Shown in pieces: positions 1 to 9,547 of a stretch of DNA of 64,000 nt. The DNA comes from an uncultured Chloroflexia bacterium (GTDB taxonomy: Bacteria > Chloroflexota > Anaerolineae > JAAYZQ01): assembly GCA_963700285.1 (NCBI GenBank), contig CAVOXA010000010.1, forward strand, positions 1,024,001 to 1,088,000. Reading direction: 5' to 3'. Numbering within the stretch: the first letter of the stretch is position 1; every line of letters starts with the position of its first letter. Both the position numbers and the translations under genes were made by a program. Below the pieces are notes generated by a model. It did no database searches. It was not told the origin of the DNA and was given only the letters and a program-made list of their open reading frames with translations.

Positions 1-1
1 A

Positions 2-1585
2 GAGGTCCCTGCTGCGGGAGGCACCTACGTCGAGGGCGTTCTGGGCTACGCACAACGGATTAACCCCATCCTGGCCCCACCCATGATCCAGGCCAATCCG
101 GTCGAGCAGGACTTGGGTACCCTCGTGTTCGATGGCCTGACTACGCTGGATGCCACGGGACAGGTGTCTCCAGCCCTTGCACTGGATTGGGAGGTCTCAG
201 AGGATGGCACCGTCTATGACTTTCATTTGCGCCAGGGCGTGACCTGGCACGATGGAGCTCCTTTCACTGCAGCGGATGTGGCCTTTACTGTACAGGCTAT
301 GCAAGACCCCAATTTCCAGGGCAACGCGACTTTACGTGAGCTGTGGCGCACCGTGATCGTAGAGCAGCAGGATGATTTCTCTATCCGGTTCACCCTACAA
401 GAACCCTTCCCCTCCTTTCTCCTCTATACCAACATCGGCATTCTGCCTATGCATTTGCTCAGTGATGTGCCCGCTGCGGATCTGCCACAGCATGACTTCT
501 CGACCAAGCAACCAGTGGGCAACGGTCGATTCATGGTTGAAAGCGTGTCCGCCGACGAAGTAGTTCTGGCTGCCAATCCAAACTATTGGGGTTCTAGACC
601 GAACATAGAAAAGATCGCATTCTGGTTCTATGGCGAGTGGGATGGATTGTTGGCAGACTATGAACGGGGCGAACTCCATGGCTTCCATCCTCCCGGGCTC
701 CAAGACCTATCTGCCCTGGTTGAGACACCAACCCTCCAGATCTTCTCAGCACAGTCAGCCGGTTATGGCATCGCATACCTGAACCTTCAGCGTGAGTCCG
801 TGCCCTTCTTCCAGGAGAAAGAAGTACGTCAAGCATTGCTCTATTCCCTTGACCGGCAGTTGTTAATATCTGAGGTTCTGGGTGGACAAGGTCTGGTTGC
901 CGATAGCCCTATTCTGCCAACAACTTGGGCTTACGATCCCTCCGTACGAGCCTACCGGTACGATCCTGAACGAGCCATAGGACTGCTGGATGCCAGCGGG
1001 TGGTTGGACTCTGACGCCGACCGGATTCGGGATAAGGACGGTGTGGATTTGGCCTTCACGCTCCTTACGAGCGACGATCCAGTGATGGTCAAGATGGCGG
1101 AGGAGCTTTCCCGCCAGTGGCGCGCAGTCGGCATCGACGTGACAGTCCGTCCTGTAGCAAATAATGCCGCGACCGATTTTATCCGCAGCCGGGACTTTGA
1201 CGCTGCCCTGACTGAGATAGGTCTAACGGCAGATCCCGATCCCTATCCTTTGTGGCATTCTACCCAGGCAGACTCGGGGCAGAATTTTTCGGGCTTTGCC
1301 AACCAAGACGCCGATCTGCTGATGGAGGATGGCCGGTTCACCACAGATCCAGAGCAGCGCACAGAACTGTACCACTCTTTTCAGCAACTCTTTGCGGAGG
1401 AGGTGCCCTCCTTGCTGCTGTACCACCCCATCTATTCATATGCCGTCGATGACCAAGTGCAGGGAGTCCAGCTTTCTCCTTTGCTGTACAGCAGTGATCG
1501 CTTTCGAAACATCACCGACTGGTTCGTCGAGATCCAAAAAGTTGTGGTCAGTGAAAACGACGGCCTTGACAAAGTCGGCGAATAG
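2..1585 (+). CDS. Peptide/oligopeptide ABC transporter substrate-binding protein (SBP family 5), 5' truncated by the window edge
   Basis: Frame is open from position 2 ([15 protein letters not shown]...INPIL). Family-5 motifs are present: [54 protein letters not shown]. Confidence 0.9.
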   Translation, partial: [527 protein letters not shown]

Positions 1586-1594
1586 TGGTAAAGT
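1566..1594 (+). promoter_or_regulatory. Sigma70-type promoter for tRNA-Leu
   Basis: TTGACA (1566-1571), 17-nt spacer, TGn + TAAAGT (1589-1594), ending 10 nt before the tRNA; overlaps the end of the SBP gene. Confidence 0.75.
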
Positions 1595-1604
1595 AGGGGT
1601 GCTG

Positions 1605-1692
1605 GCCGAAGTGGCGGAACAGGCAGACGCGCTGCGTTCAGGGCGCAGTGGGCTTTATGCCCATGTGGGTTCAACTCCCACCTTCGGCACCA
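1605..1692 (+). tRNA. tRNA-Leu (anticodon CAG)
   Basis: Acceptor stem GCCGAAG/CTTCGGC, D-loop GG, anticodon arm CTGCG-TT-CAG-GG-CGCAG, long variable arm, T-loop GGTTCAACTCC, encoded CCA. Confidence 0.97.
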
Positions 1693-1722
1693 AATCCCGG
1701 TCCTTTCTGACCGGGATTTCTT
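1692..1722 (+). terminator. Intrinsic terminator after tRNA-Leu
   Basis: 11-bp inverted repeat AAATCCCGGTC/GACCGGGATTT with a 6-nt loop and a T-rich tail. Confidence 0.7.
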
Positions 1723-1878
1723 GCTCTCACGACCAGGTGAGGCAGGCATGGCGTAGGCACTCAAAATTCACAGACAGTAGACACATCTGTCCAATGCTTG
1801 GTGTTTGATCGTTCCGGTTTTCGCTCAAATCACTCATTTATAACCATTTCAGGTTATAGTATACAGATGAGTTCACAT

Positions 1879-1907
1879 TTGACTTTTCGTCCACGCTGGG
1901 GTATACT
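1879..1907 (+). promoter_or_regulatory. Sigma70-type promoter for the FtsB-like gene
   Basis: TTGACT, 17 nt, TATACT. Confidence 0.65.
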
Positions 1908-1924
1908 CTTGCGTGGAGACAATC

Positions 1925-2318
1925 ATGACTGACGAGAAGAGCCGCAGAACACCCCTCATCAACCAGATTCTGTTGATTCTAATGGGTGCTATGCTTGTAT
2001 ACCTGGTAGTAAGCTTTACCCGCCAGGTCACCACGGGCCACCAACAGACCGCGGAGCTGAACAGTGTCAGAGAGAAGATCCACATTGCTGCAGCTCGAAA
2101 GGCCCAGCTAGACCAGTACTCCGAGTACGTCCTCTCCCCAGAGGCCGCCGACAAGTGGGCAAGACGGCACGGGTTGACCAAACCCAACGAAGTGCTGGTC
2201 GTAGCATTTGGAGCGGGGACGAAAGAGCTACCCCCTGAGCAGCAAATCTTGGAGGATGGAAGAAAGCCTGACCCCCCCCAAGGTGCGTGGTGGGATTCTG
2301 TTCTTCAAGGCACGGTAA
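1925..2318 (+). CDS. FtsB/DivIC-like septum formation initiator family protein (1-nt frameshift near 2296)
   Basis: Single N-terminal TM helix, coiled coil, then KWARRHGLTKPNE. Removing one base in GGATTCTG gives the end WWDLFFKAR* (TAA 2316-2318) just before the terminator; the 189-aa track ORF instead runs through the terminator. Confidence 0.7.
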
Positions 2319-2340
2319 AGCCTGGTAGTGCTCATACTTG

Positions 2341-2392
2341 CATAAAAAGGGACCTGATGGGTGTGGTGATACCCATCAGGTCCCTTTATATG
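2341..2392. terminator. Bidirectional intrinsic terminator between convergent ftsB-like and aor genes
   Basis: 17-bp perfect stem AAAGGGACCTGATGGGT/ACCCATCAGGTCCCTTT with A/T-rich ends. Confidence 0.85.
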
Positions 2393-2438
2393 CCTTTTGT
2401 TTCAAGACACTCGTTCGGCCATGGCACTCAGCCTGCAA

Positions 2439-4281
2439 CTATGCCCACAATTCCTCGGCGATTTCTGGCAATCCCAGGCTGATCAATTTCTCGCGCGTAG
2501 GCTTGCCAGTGTCCCAATCCCACTCACGGTAGGCATAGTACTCTTCGAGCAGCGTTTCCATACGCGGCGTCCGACCCCTGGAGCCGTTGGACATGGGGAT
2601 GAGCAGCCGCTCGGGCAACCGGTCGTTGCCTCGCCGGACGCCCAGGCGGTTGTTGAATGCCCGCTTGAGATTAAAGATCCGCTCACCAGTTTGCTGCCAC
2701 CACACAATGTCTGATGAGCAGCCGGTGGCTTCTGACAGTAGCTTGACCAAGACCGGCGCTGTAGGGTTGACAAAGACGCACATGATGGCGCTGTTGTACA
2801 GCGTACGCCAGTCCTGGACCTTGGCCACGACCTTTGATTTGCCCCGGGTCTTGAACCGCCCGCTGGGGAAGATGCCCACCTCGGGCAATGTCAGGCCCAT
2901 GTCGACGACATACATGTCGCCCTGCAGTGGCAGGCGCCCCGTGGCGAGGTGGCATAGATGACAGCCATGCCCGACAGGGCGCGCGGATCGTGGGCTGCCG
3001 GTTCCAGTCCGTTGACGTGCACTGCCAGGTCGTCGGCTCCATAGCGGGCTGCGATTCGCTTCACGCCATCGGCCAGGACGTCGCCAAAGCCCTGCCGCTG
3101 GGCGATCATCTCCAGAAGCGTGTGAGCGATCTCGATGTCGCCCCACTTCAAGGGGCAGGCCGCCAGTGTCGGCAGCGGTGATGAACCCCCGGTCGTAGAG
3201 CAGGTAGGCCAGGGCGATCGACGACCCGGCGCTGATGGTGTCCAGGCCATAGCGGTTGCACAGGTGGCCGGCATAGGCCACGCCAGGCAGGTCGTCCACC
3301 AGCAGCATGGGAGCCGAGCATGGCGACCGTCTCGTACTCGGGCCCGTCCACGACCTCCACGCCGTAGGGCGTGTCCTTGAGCGTCACCTCCCGGCCGCAG
3401 GCCACAGCGCAGCCGTAGCAGGGGACAGAGCGGGTCAGGATGGTCTCCATCATGGTGACGCCGCTCAGGTTGGTGGCCTCGTCAAACCGGGCTTGGCTCC
3501 AGTACTTGTTGGGCATATTGCCCCACATCATGCTCATGTCCACAAAGGAGGCCGTGCCCATCTGGCGATAGACCTGGGAAGTGATGTCATCCATGACCGT
3601 TTTCAGCGCCTGCTTGGCTGTCAGTCGGAAAGCTTCTCGGTTGGCCAGGGGCACCCGCTGTCTGCCCGCACGGCGATGGCCTTCAGGTTCTTGGAGCCCA
3701 TCACCGCGCCCATCCCGGTGCGACCCGCAGCCCGCCCGTGGTCGTTCATGATGGCCGCATAGAGCACCTGATTCTCGCCCGCCGGCCCGATGCTGGCCAC
3801 ACGCACCTTCTGGTCGTCCAGCTCGTCGCGGAGGCGCTGCTGGGTTTCGTAGGTATCCAGACCCCACAGACCAGCGGCATCGTGCAGGGTTGGAGGCTGG
3901 CCCTCAACGATGGATAGCCAGACCGGCTGTCTGCGATCGGCCCCGGATGACAATGCCGTCGTAACCCGCGAACTTGAGTTCCGCGCCCCAGAAGCCACCC
4001 GAATTGGATTCGCCCCAGATGCCGGTCAAGGGCGAGATGGCGCACACCTCGTGCCGCCCGCATGACGGCGCCCGTGTGCCAACCAGTGGGCCGGTCATGA
4101 ACATCAGGGTGTTCTCCGGTCCCAGGGGATCCGTATCTGGCCCCAATTCGTCGTACAGGTAGCGGGCGGCATATCCCGCGCCACCGACGAAGTCATGGGC
4201 CCACATAGGATCCAGGGGTTCGTCCGCGAGTTCACCACTGGTCAGGTCCACGACCAGCAACTTGCCCATGTAACCACTCAT
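2439..4281 (-). CDS. aor: Tungsten-containing aldehyde:ferredoxin oxidoreductase family protein, split by several frameshifts
   Basis: Motifs across consecutive fragments: GYMGKLLVVDL, SPLTGIWGESNSGG, RAAGRTGMGAVMGSKNLKAI, CYGCAVACGR, GPEYET, CNRYGLDTISAG, PRGACH, DRLPERL, EYYAYREWD-TGKPT. Confidence 0.88.
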
Positions 4282-4399
4282 GCTATCATCTCCTCTGATG
4301 TATCCATAGTGAACCGGCCTCTGCGCCGGCACCAGGACTTTGATGCCGCATCACCACGCCACGTATCACAGAAAAGACACACTGGGCGACATCGAACAG

Positions 4400-4432
4400 A
4401 AAAAAAGCGGGCCGCATAATAGCTCGACCCGC
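4400..4432 (-). terminator. Intrinsic terminator downstream of the Fe-ADH gene
   Basis: On the minus strand, stem GCGGGTCG...CGGCCCGC followed by T7. Confidence 0.75.
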
Positions 4433-4489
4433 AGGCATATTCAGATATCTGCACCTGTTGGACTCTCCACCTGGTAGAGACATACATTG

Positions 4490-5665
4490 CTAGAAATCAA
4501 TCGATTGTCCTTCAAACGCGCAGCGAAAAACTCTTTCCACCTCTTCGTCCTCGGGGAACCGAAGGCCGACGATCAGGGCGCTGTCGTTGAGCGCATTGTC
4601 GACCAGCTTGGGCAACCTGGCCTCAAAATCCTCTCGGGAGATCCCCGCCTCCTGCAGCGAGGTTGGCTGGTCGAATGCGTACGCGCGCAGGGTCGCGGAT
4701 CGCTGCCGACAGGCTGGCCGCGGCCTCGGCCTCGTCGCCAGCGGGCAGTCCCAGAAAGCGCGCAATGTCGGCATAGCGGGTGGGCAGGTAGCCCCGCACA
4801 GTGAACTCGATGGTGTAGGGCAGGAACAACCCCACAGCCCGTCCGTGAGGTATGGGCAGCAGGGCACCCGCCGAATGTCCCAATGCGTGGGCCATGGCCG
4901 CCATCGAATTGCCAAAGCCCAACCCGGCGATGGTCGCTGCATTGTGCATCTTTTCCCGGGCTTCTGGGTCATCGTTACCCTTCTGCCAGGCCCGAGGCAG
5001 ATAGTCGAACACAAGTTGGATGGCCTTGAGACAGAGGCCATCGGAAAAGTCGTTGTGCCAGTGAGCAGTATAGCCTTCCACCGCGTGGGTCAGAGCATCC
5101 ATGCCGGTGTCGGCCGTGATCTGGGCCGGCAAGTACCTCACAAAGGACGGATCGACGATGGCCAGGTCGGGGATGTTCTCCGGGTGGCCCACCGAGAGTT
5201 TGCAGTCCTCATCTGTGTCGGTGAGAACGATGGGCCAGGTGATTTCGGCGCCCGGTGCCACTGGTGGTGGGAATGGCAATCAGGTGCGCCTTCTGCCGCA
5301 GCCCGAGCCTACCCATGGGCGCGACATCGTCCGGCGCCAGACCGGGCCGTTCGTACTGGATCCAGATCGACTTGGCGGCATCCATGCACGAGCCGCCTCC
5401 CAGACCGATGATCCAATCCGGCTCATAGCCCAGAGCCTCCTGGGCACCCCGCTGGACAGTCTGCAGGGAGGGATTGGGCTCTACCTCGGCAAAGACCGCC
5501 GTCTCGATGCCAGCCTCTGCGAGTTTGACCTGCACTTGATCCACAAACCCCAGGGCAACCATGTTCTCGTCGGTGACGATCAGAGCCTTGCTGGCCCTGG
5601 ATGTTCGCCAGGTATTCTAGCGCATCTTCACCAAACACGATCTCAGGGCTACGAAAGAACCACAT
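4490..5665 (-). CDS. Iron-containing alcohol dehydrogenase (frameshifted)
   Basis: Fragments give [78 protein letters not shown]. Confidence 0.88.
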
Positions 5666-5694
5666 CTGTTCACCTCCCAAGGCTGCCAATAAAA

Positions 5695-5735
5695 ATGACC
5701 AATGACCAGATCCCTGGATATTGGTCATTGGCCAT
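5695..5735. repeat. Intergenic inverted repeat (REP-like hairpin)
   Basis: ATGACCAATGACCA ... TGGTCATTGGCCAT, 14 bp with one mismatch, between DUF1858 and adh. Confidence 0.5.
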
Positions 5736-5763
5736 CCAGTCCCCGAAAAACCAATATTGCTTT

Positions 5764-5974
5764 TCAGTTGACTGACTGAGGCACCGCTCGCGTTGAGATC
5801 GTTGATCAGGGCTTCGACGTTGATGCCGTGGGCCATTGCACCTTGCTCTACGTTCTCAAAGCGAGCAATGGCACAGCCAAAGCACATCAGCCCATGCTTC
5901 AAAAAGACCTCGATGGTCTGCGGATAGTTCTGCACCACTTCACCAATGGGCATGTCTTTCGTAATCGTATCCAT
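5764..5974 (-). CDS. DUF1858 (hybrid-cluster-associated redox disulfide) domain protein
   Basis: ITKDMPIGEVVQNYPQTIEVFLKHGLMCFGCAIARFENVEQGAMAHGI with CxxC. A 1-nt correction gives the end DLNAAVPQSVN* at 5764. Confidence 0.8.
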
Positions 5975-6010
5975 CTGAATCTCCCTCTGTAATTTTGAAA
6001 ATACGTTGCG

Positions 6011-6960
6011 CTATCCCAGTTCCGCCTCGCCGGGATAGACTCGGTACCTTCGAGTTTGGCAATATAGTGTTCTGCCTGCAGGGCGGCCTTGCAGCCTGCC
6101 CCCACCGACGTGGCGATCTGGCGGTAGGTCCAGTCAGCCACATCCCCAGCGGCCCACACCCCTTCGACACTGGTCCGCTGGTCATCGTCGGTCACAATGT
6201 AGCCACCCTCGGTCAGCTCCAACTGACCGTCCAGAAAGTCGGTGTTGGGCACATAGCCGATGGCGACAAACACACCCTGCGTGGGGAACAGTGTCTCCTC
6301 ACCAGTCTTGACATTGCGCACGCTGAGTCCAGTGACAAAGTCCTCGCCCACGATCTCGGTCACGACCGTGTCCCAGAGGAACTCGATCTTTTCGATTGCG
6401 AAAGCCCGCTCCTGAAGCAGTTTCTCAGCGCGCAACTGGTCCCGGCGGTGGATGATCGTCACCTTGCTGGCAAAGCGTGTGAGAAAGATGGCTTCCTCCA
6501 CGGCCGCGTCGCCGCCACCCACCATGACGATCTCTTTGCCCATGTAGAAGAAACCGTCACAGGTGGCACAGTAGGATACGCCCCGTCCCGAAAACTCCGC
6601 CTCGCCGGGAACGCCCAGCTTGCGGGGCGAGGCGCCACTGGCCACAATCAGCGCCTGCGCCTCATGCTCGCCGCCATAGGTCACGACTTTGAACGGCCGT
6701 GTGGACAGGTCCACGCCGGTGACAATATCCATCTCGATGCGCGCGCCAAAGCGTTCTGCCTGCCTCTGCATCAACTGTGCCAGCTCCGCGCCATTGATGT
6801 CCTCTGGGAAGCCCGGGTAGTTGCCAATTTCGCTACTGATGGCCACCTGGCCACCCAGCTGTTGGCCAGCAAAGACCAATGGCTTCAATTGCGCCCGCGC
6901 TGTATAGATTGCCGCAGCGTATCCCGCCGGCCCGGTACCAATGATGATCACTTTTTCCAT
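6011..6960 (-). CDS. trxB: Thioredoxin-disulfide reductase
   Basis: GTGPAG FAD motif, GVSYCATCDGFF, GGGDAAVEEA, HRRD, AAGDV. A C-terminal frameshift is likely; the corrected end is YPGEAELG* at 6011. Confidence 0.95.
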
Positions 6961-7014
6961 GATGCAACCCCTTCATACTGCGCGGGGAGTCCCTCGCCCG
7001 CAATCTCGAGCTGT

Positions 7015-7043
7015 ATTGTACCCCCTTTTCCATCCTTTGACAA
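7015..7043 (-). promoter_or_regulatory. Sigma70-type promoter for trxB
   Basis: On the minus strand, TTGTCA, 17 nt, TACAAT. Confidence 0.7.
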
Positions 7044-7137
7044 AAAGTGGTCTGCAAGATGCATACGCTCTCGTCGGTGGCTACAGGAGATCTACTGTCT
7101 GTGATCTATCTCTAATCAACCACTTCCAGCAAAAAGC

Positions 7138-7166
7138 TTTACAATTCTATCATTTTGATGTATAAT
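7138..7166 (+). promoter_or_regulatory. Sigma70-type promoter for the 7263-9439 gene pair
   Basis: TTTACA, 17 nt, TATAAT. Confidence 0.75.
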
Positions 7167-7262
7167 CTATGAGTGGCTTGCGCCGTACGCTGGACAATGT
7201 CTTCTGCCCAACTGGCACAGGCCCCAGGCCATGGTGGATGGCAGCGAAGGAGGTCGTTGAGG

Positions 7263-8279
7263 ATGAGCTATAGCCTGCTGGGAGTACACGTGAACATGAG
7301 CACCGGTGGTTTGTCCGAGGTGATCCAGGAATGGAAACCACCCCTTGTGGTGACCCTCGACCACAGCGACGTTTGGCGCAGCGTCAAAGCCACCTCGCCC
7401 AACACGATCCTGGTCGGTCGTCTCTATCAGGAATGGGAGCCCGACTTTGCCAGCGCATCTCTTGATCCAATTCAAGCAGCTCGCGAGCACTGCGAAGAGA
7501 TCCTGCCTTGGGCTGAGCGGATGGGTGAGACCTACAACTACTGGCAGGGAGTCAACGAGCCGATCATCACGGATCATGTATCCATGCAACGGTATGCTGA
7601 CTTTGAAGCTGAACGAACCCGCCAGTTACATGGTCACGGCTTCAGGGCGGCGGTTGGAAGTTTTCCCGTAGGCAATCCTGAACTGGCCTATTGGCAGAGC
7701 TTTCTGCCAGCACTGGAGGCAGCCTTGCAGTACGACGGCGCGATGGCGCTCCACGAGTATGCCTGGCCAACGCTGGACAACGAACATCCCTGGTATTTAC
7801 TTCGCCACCGCAAAGTATACGACGGAGAGCCGGAGCATGGGTGGGAAGGCCTGCCCCGGCACTTGAAGTCTCTGCCACTCCTAATCACAGAATGCGGGTT
7901 GGATGGATTGATCGAACAAGGGTATCCCCCCCGCGGTTGGCAAGTCCTCTATGGAAAGGACCCCGATCAGTATCTTGAGCAATTGGCCTGGTACGACGCC
8001 GAACTTGAAAAAGATCCCTACGTTGTAGGAGCGGCTCTCTACTGCTGCGGCACAGCCGATTGGCAGTGGAAAAGCTATGATATTTGGCCTGAATTCTCCC
8101 AGATCCTGGCACAGAAAGCCAAGCCCCTCTATCGCTTGACAACGACCCGGCTGCCACCGCCTCCTCTTGAAGGCGATGCATTCTGGTACGAGGTCATCGC
8201 CCGCATGGATCGGATCGTGGATTCGCTGGAACACAAGCTAAAGCCCGCACAGGCGCAGGAGATGGAAGGAGAGAACTGA
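7263..8279 (+). CDS. Putative clan GH-A-like TIM-barrel glycoside hydrolase, no signal peptide
   Basis: AGGAGG precedes ATG 7263. Motifs WQGVNEP (acid/base-like), ALHEY and LITECG (nucleophile-like); Pro linker and C-terminal amphipathic helix. Confidence 0.6.
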   Translation: MSYSLLGVHVNMSTGGLSEVIQEWKPPLVVTLDHSDVWRSVKATSPNTILVGRLYQEWEPDFASASLDPIQAAREHCEEILPWAERMGETYNYWQGVNEPIITDHVSMQRYADFEAERTRQLHGHGFRAAVGSFPVGNPELAYWQSFLPALEAALQYDGAMALHEYAWPTLDNEHPWYLLRHRKVYDGEPEHGWEGLPRHLKSLPLLITECGLDGLIEQGYPPRGWQVLYGKDPDQYLEQLAWYDAELEKDPYVVGAALYCCGTADWQWKSYDIWPEFSQILAQKAKPLYRLTTTRLPPPPLEGDAFWYEVIARMDRIVDSLEHKLKPAQAQEMEGEN

Positions 8280-9439
8280 TGGATAGTCCAAAGATCTTTG
8301 ACCGGCAAGGACGCGAGCAAGATTGGGATTGGCTTGCGGCCAACTTTGGTGACATTAGCCTCCAGCGGGCAGAGATTTCAAAAGGAGAACGCCTGGCCTT
8401 CCGCATTACCAAGCTCCAAGAGAGCGAAGGACCTGCTGTGCAGATTGTCCATGTGACGGTTGAGGGTGGCGAACCGCTCGAAGGTATTTGTGTTGCAAGA
8501 CATTGGCCAGATGCTCCCGAACTGCCTGTATGGCCCCCACCCGCTAGCTTCTGGCGAGACAGGGGAGTCCACGGCAAGACCAACGTAGAGGGAAACATCG
8601 GTTTTGGTATGGGACGTGGCGACTACTACTTTCCCCCCAGTGGTGGAGCCAGTGCTGTCTGGGTCGCTGATGCGGCCGGCCCGTCGGATTTTCTCAGTGG
8701 CTTGGGGATGTTGGGCGGCACGAACCACCGGCACGTGGATGTTCACTATCAGCTTGAGACGGCGGAGGCATCGCCACCGCCTGCGCCCGCGCCACCGCCA
8801 TCTCCGACTCCACCAGTGCCACCTCCATCAACTTCCTGGCCTGGTTTTGATATCTTGGACAAAACTGGCCACCGCCAAGATCCATACTGGTTGGAGCATC
8901 ACTTTGGAATCGTTGAGCACTACCCCACCTCAGAGCCTGACGCATACCGCCTGGCTGCCCTCCATGAGGTCGAGGGCCTTCATGAGTGCAAAATCACTAT
9001 CTTGAATGAAGGTGGCCTTCCAGAGGAAGGAATACCCGTATCCTTCCGGCGCAGGGATGGAACCGAGAGCCGTGTCAGAGAGACCGGGGCCGATGGCACA
9101 GCACACTTTCCGCTAGAGAGCGATGCCAAATACCCGGTACCTGGCCAGGGGCCATACTTGGTACTGGTAAAGAGGGTCGCAGGAAACAGCGACGCCGTGA
9201 TCGGTCTGGGCCGAGTACTGCGTACAGCCCGTCACCTGGACGTCACGTTCAGGTTTGTGCCTGGTAAGGCCCCGCTACCTCCACAACCACCACAGCCACC
9301 TCCCCCATCTCCTCCACCTCCACAGCCACCTCCTCGCCCCTTACCCCCGCCGCCATCTCCACCATCCAAGGAGGCGCTGCAACAACTCCTCGAAAGATTG
9401 GATCGCATTATTGCCTTGCTCGAGGAGCGAGTGAAGTAG
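8279..9439 (+). CDS. Hypothetical protein with two tandem homologous domains, Pro-rich linkers and a C-terminal amphipathic helix
   Basis: ATG overlaps the upstream TGA. Repeat 1: IFDRQGREQDWDWLAANFG...SDFLSGLG...HRHVDVHYQL. Repeat 2: ILDKTGHRQDPYWLEHHFG...SDAVIGLG...ARHLDVTFRF. Confidence 0.75.
   Translation: MDSPKIFDRQGREQDWDWLAANFGDISLQRAEISKGERLAFRITKLQESEGPAVQIVHVTVEGGEPLEGICVARHWPDAPELPVWPPPASFWRDRGVHGKTNVEGNIGFGMGRGDYYFPPSGGASAVWVADAAGPSDFLSGLGMLGGTNHRHVDVHYQLETAEASPPPAPAPPPSPTPPVPPPSTSWPGFDILDKTGHRQDPYWLEHHFGIVEHYPTSEPDAYRLAALHEVEGLHECKITILNEGGLPEEGIPVSFRRRDGTESRVRETGADGTAHFPLESDAKYPVPGQGPYLVLVKRVAGNSDAVIGLGRVLRTARHLDVTFRFVPGKAPLPPQPPQPPPPSPPPPQPPPRPLPPPPSPPSKEALQQLLERLDRIIALLEERVK
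9271..9366 (+). repeat. Low-complexity poly-proline-coding tract
   Basis: CCN-rich run encoding PLPPQPPQPPPPSPPPPQPPPRPLPPPPSPP. Confidence 0.8.
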
Positions 9440-9460
9440 CCAGCGCGTCGAAATGTCAGC

Positions 9461-9490
9461 AGCCCCTGGCCGTCGTGGCCAGGGGCTTTT
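9461..9490 (+). terminator. Intrinsic terminator after the 7263-9439 operon
   Basis: AGCCCCTGGCC/GGCCAGGGGCT stem followed by TTT. Confidence 0.7.
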
Positions 9491-9512
9491 CCGTTGGCTC
9501 GGCTGGAACAGG

Positions 9513-9541
9513 TTGCCAAAAGAATAGGGTTGTGCTAGACT
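9513..9541 (+). promoter_or_regulatory. Promoter for the GT-C cluster, probably giving a leaderless mRNA
   Basis: TTGCCA, 17 nt, TGn + TAGACT. ATG 9548 sits 7 nt after the -10 box with no Shine-Dalgarno. Confidence 0.6.
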
Positions 9542-9547
9542 GAGTTT

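Noticed and set aside
1605-1900. tRNA-Leu as an integration site for a genomic island
   Set aside because: No integrase follows the tRNA, and I saw no duplicate of its 3' end in the window; the next gene is a housekeeping-type ftsB-like gene.
2319-2482. C-terminal extension of the 189-aa ORF 1913-2482
   Set aside because: It runs through a strong terminator and into the convergent aor gene; better explained by a 1-nt frameshift.
4345-4362. Possible sigma54 promoter upstream of aor (TGGCGTGGTGATGC)
   Set aside because: GG-to-GC spacing is 9 nt rather than the required 10.
5423-5974. Apparent DUF1858-ADH fusion in the ORF track
   Set aside because: Read-through caused by a frameshift; adh has its own GGAGG site and ATG at 5665, and a hairpin lies between the genes.
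8765-9366. CCA/CCT-rich repeats as a CRISPR array or VNTR
   Set aside because: They are imperfect codon-level repeats encoding poly-proline linkers, with no repeat-spacer periodicity.
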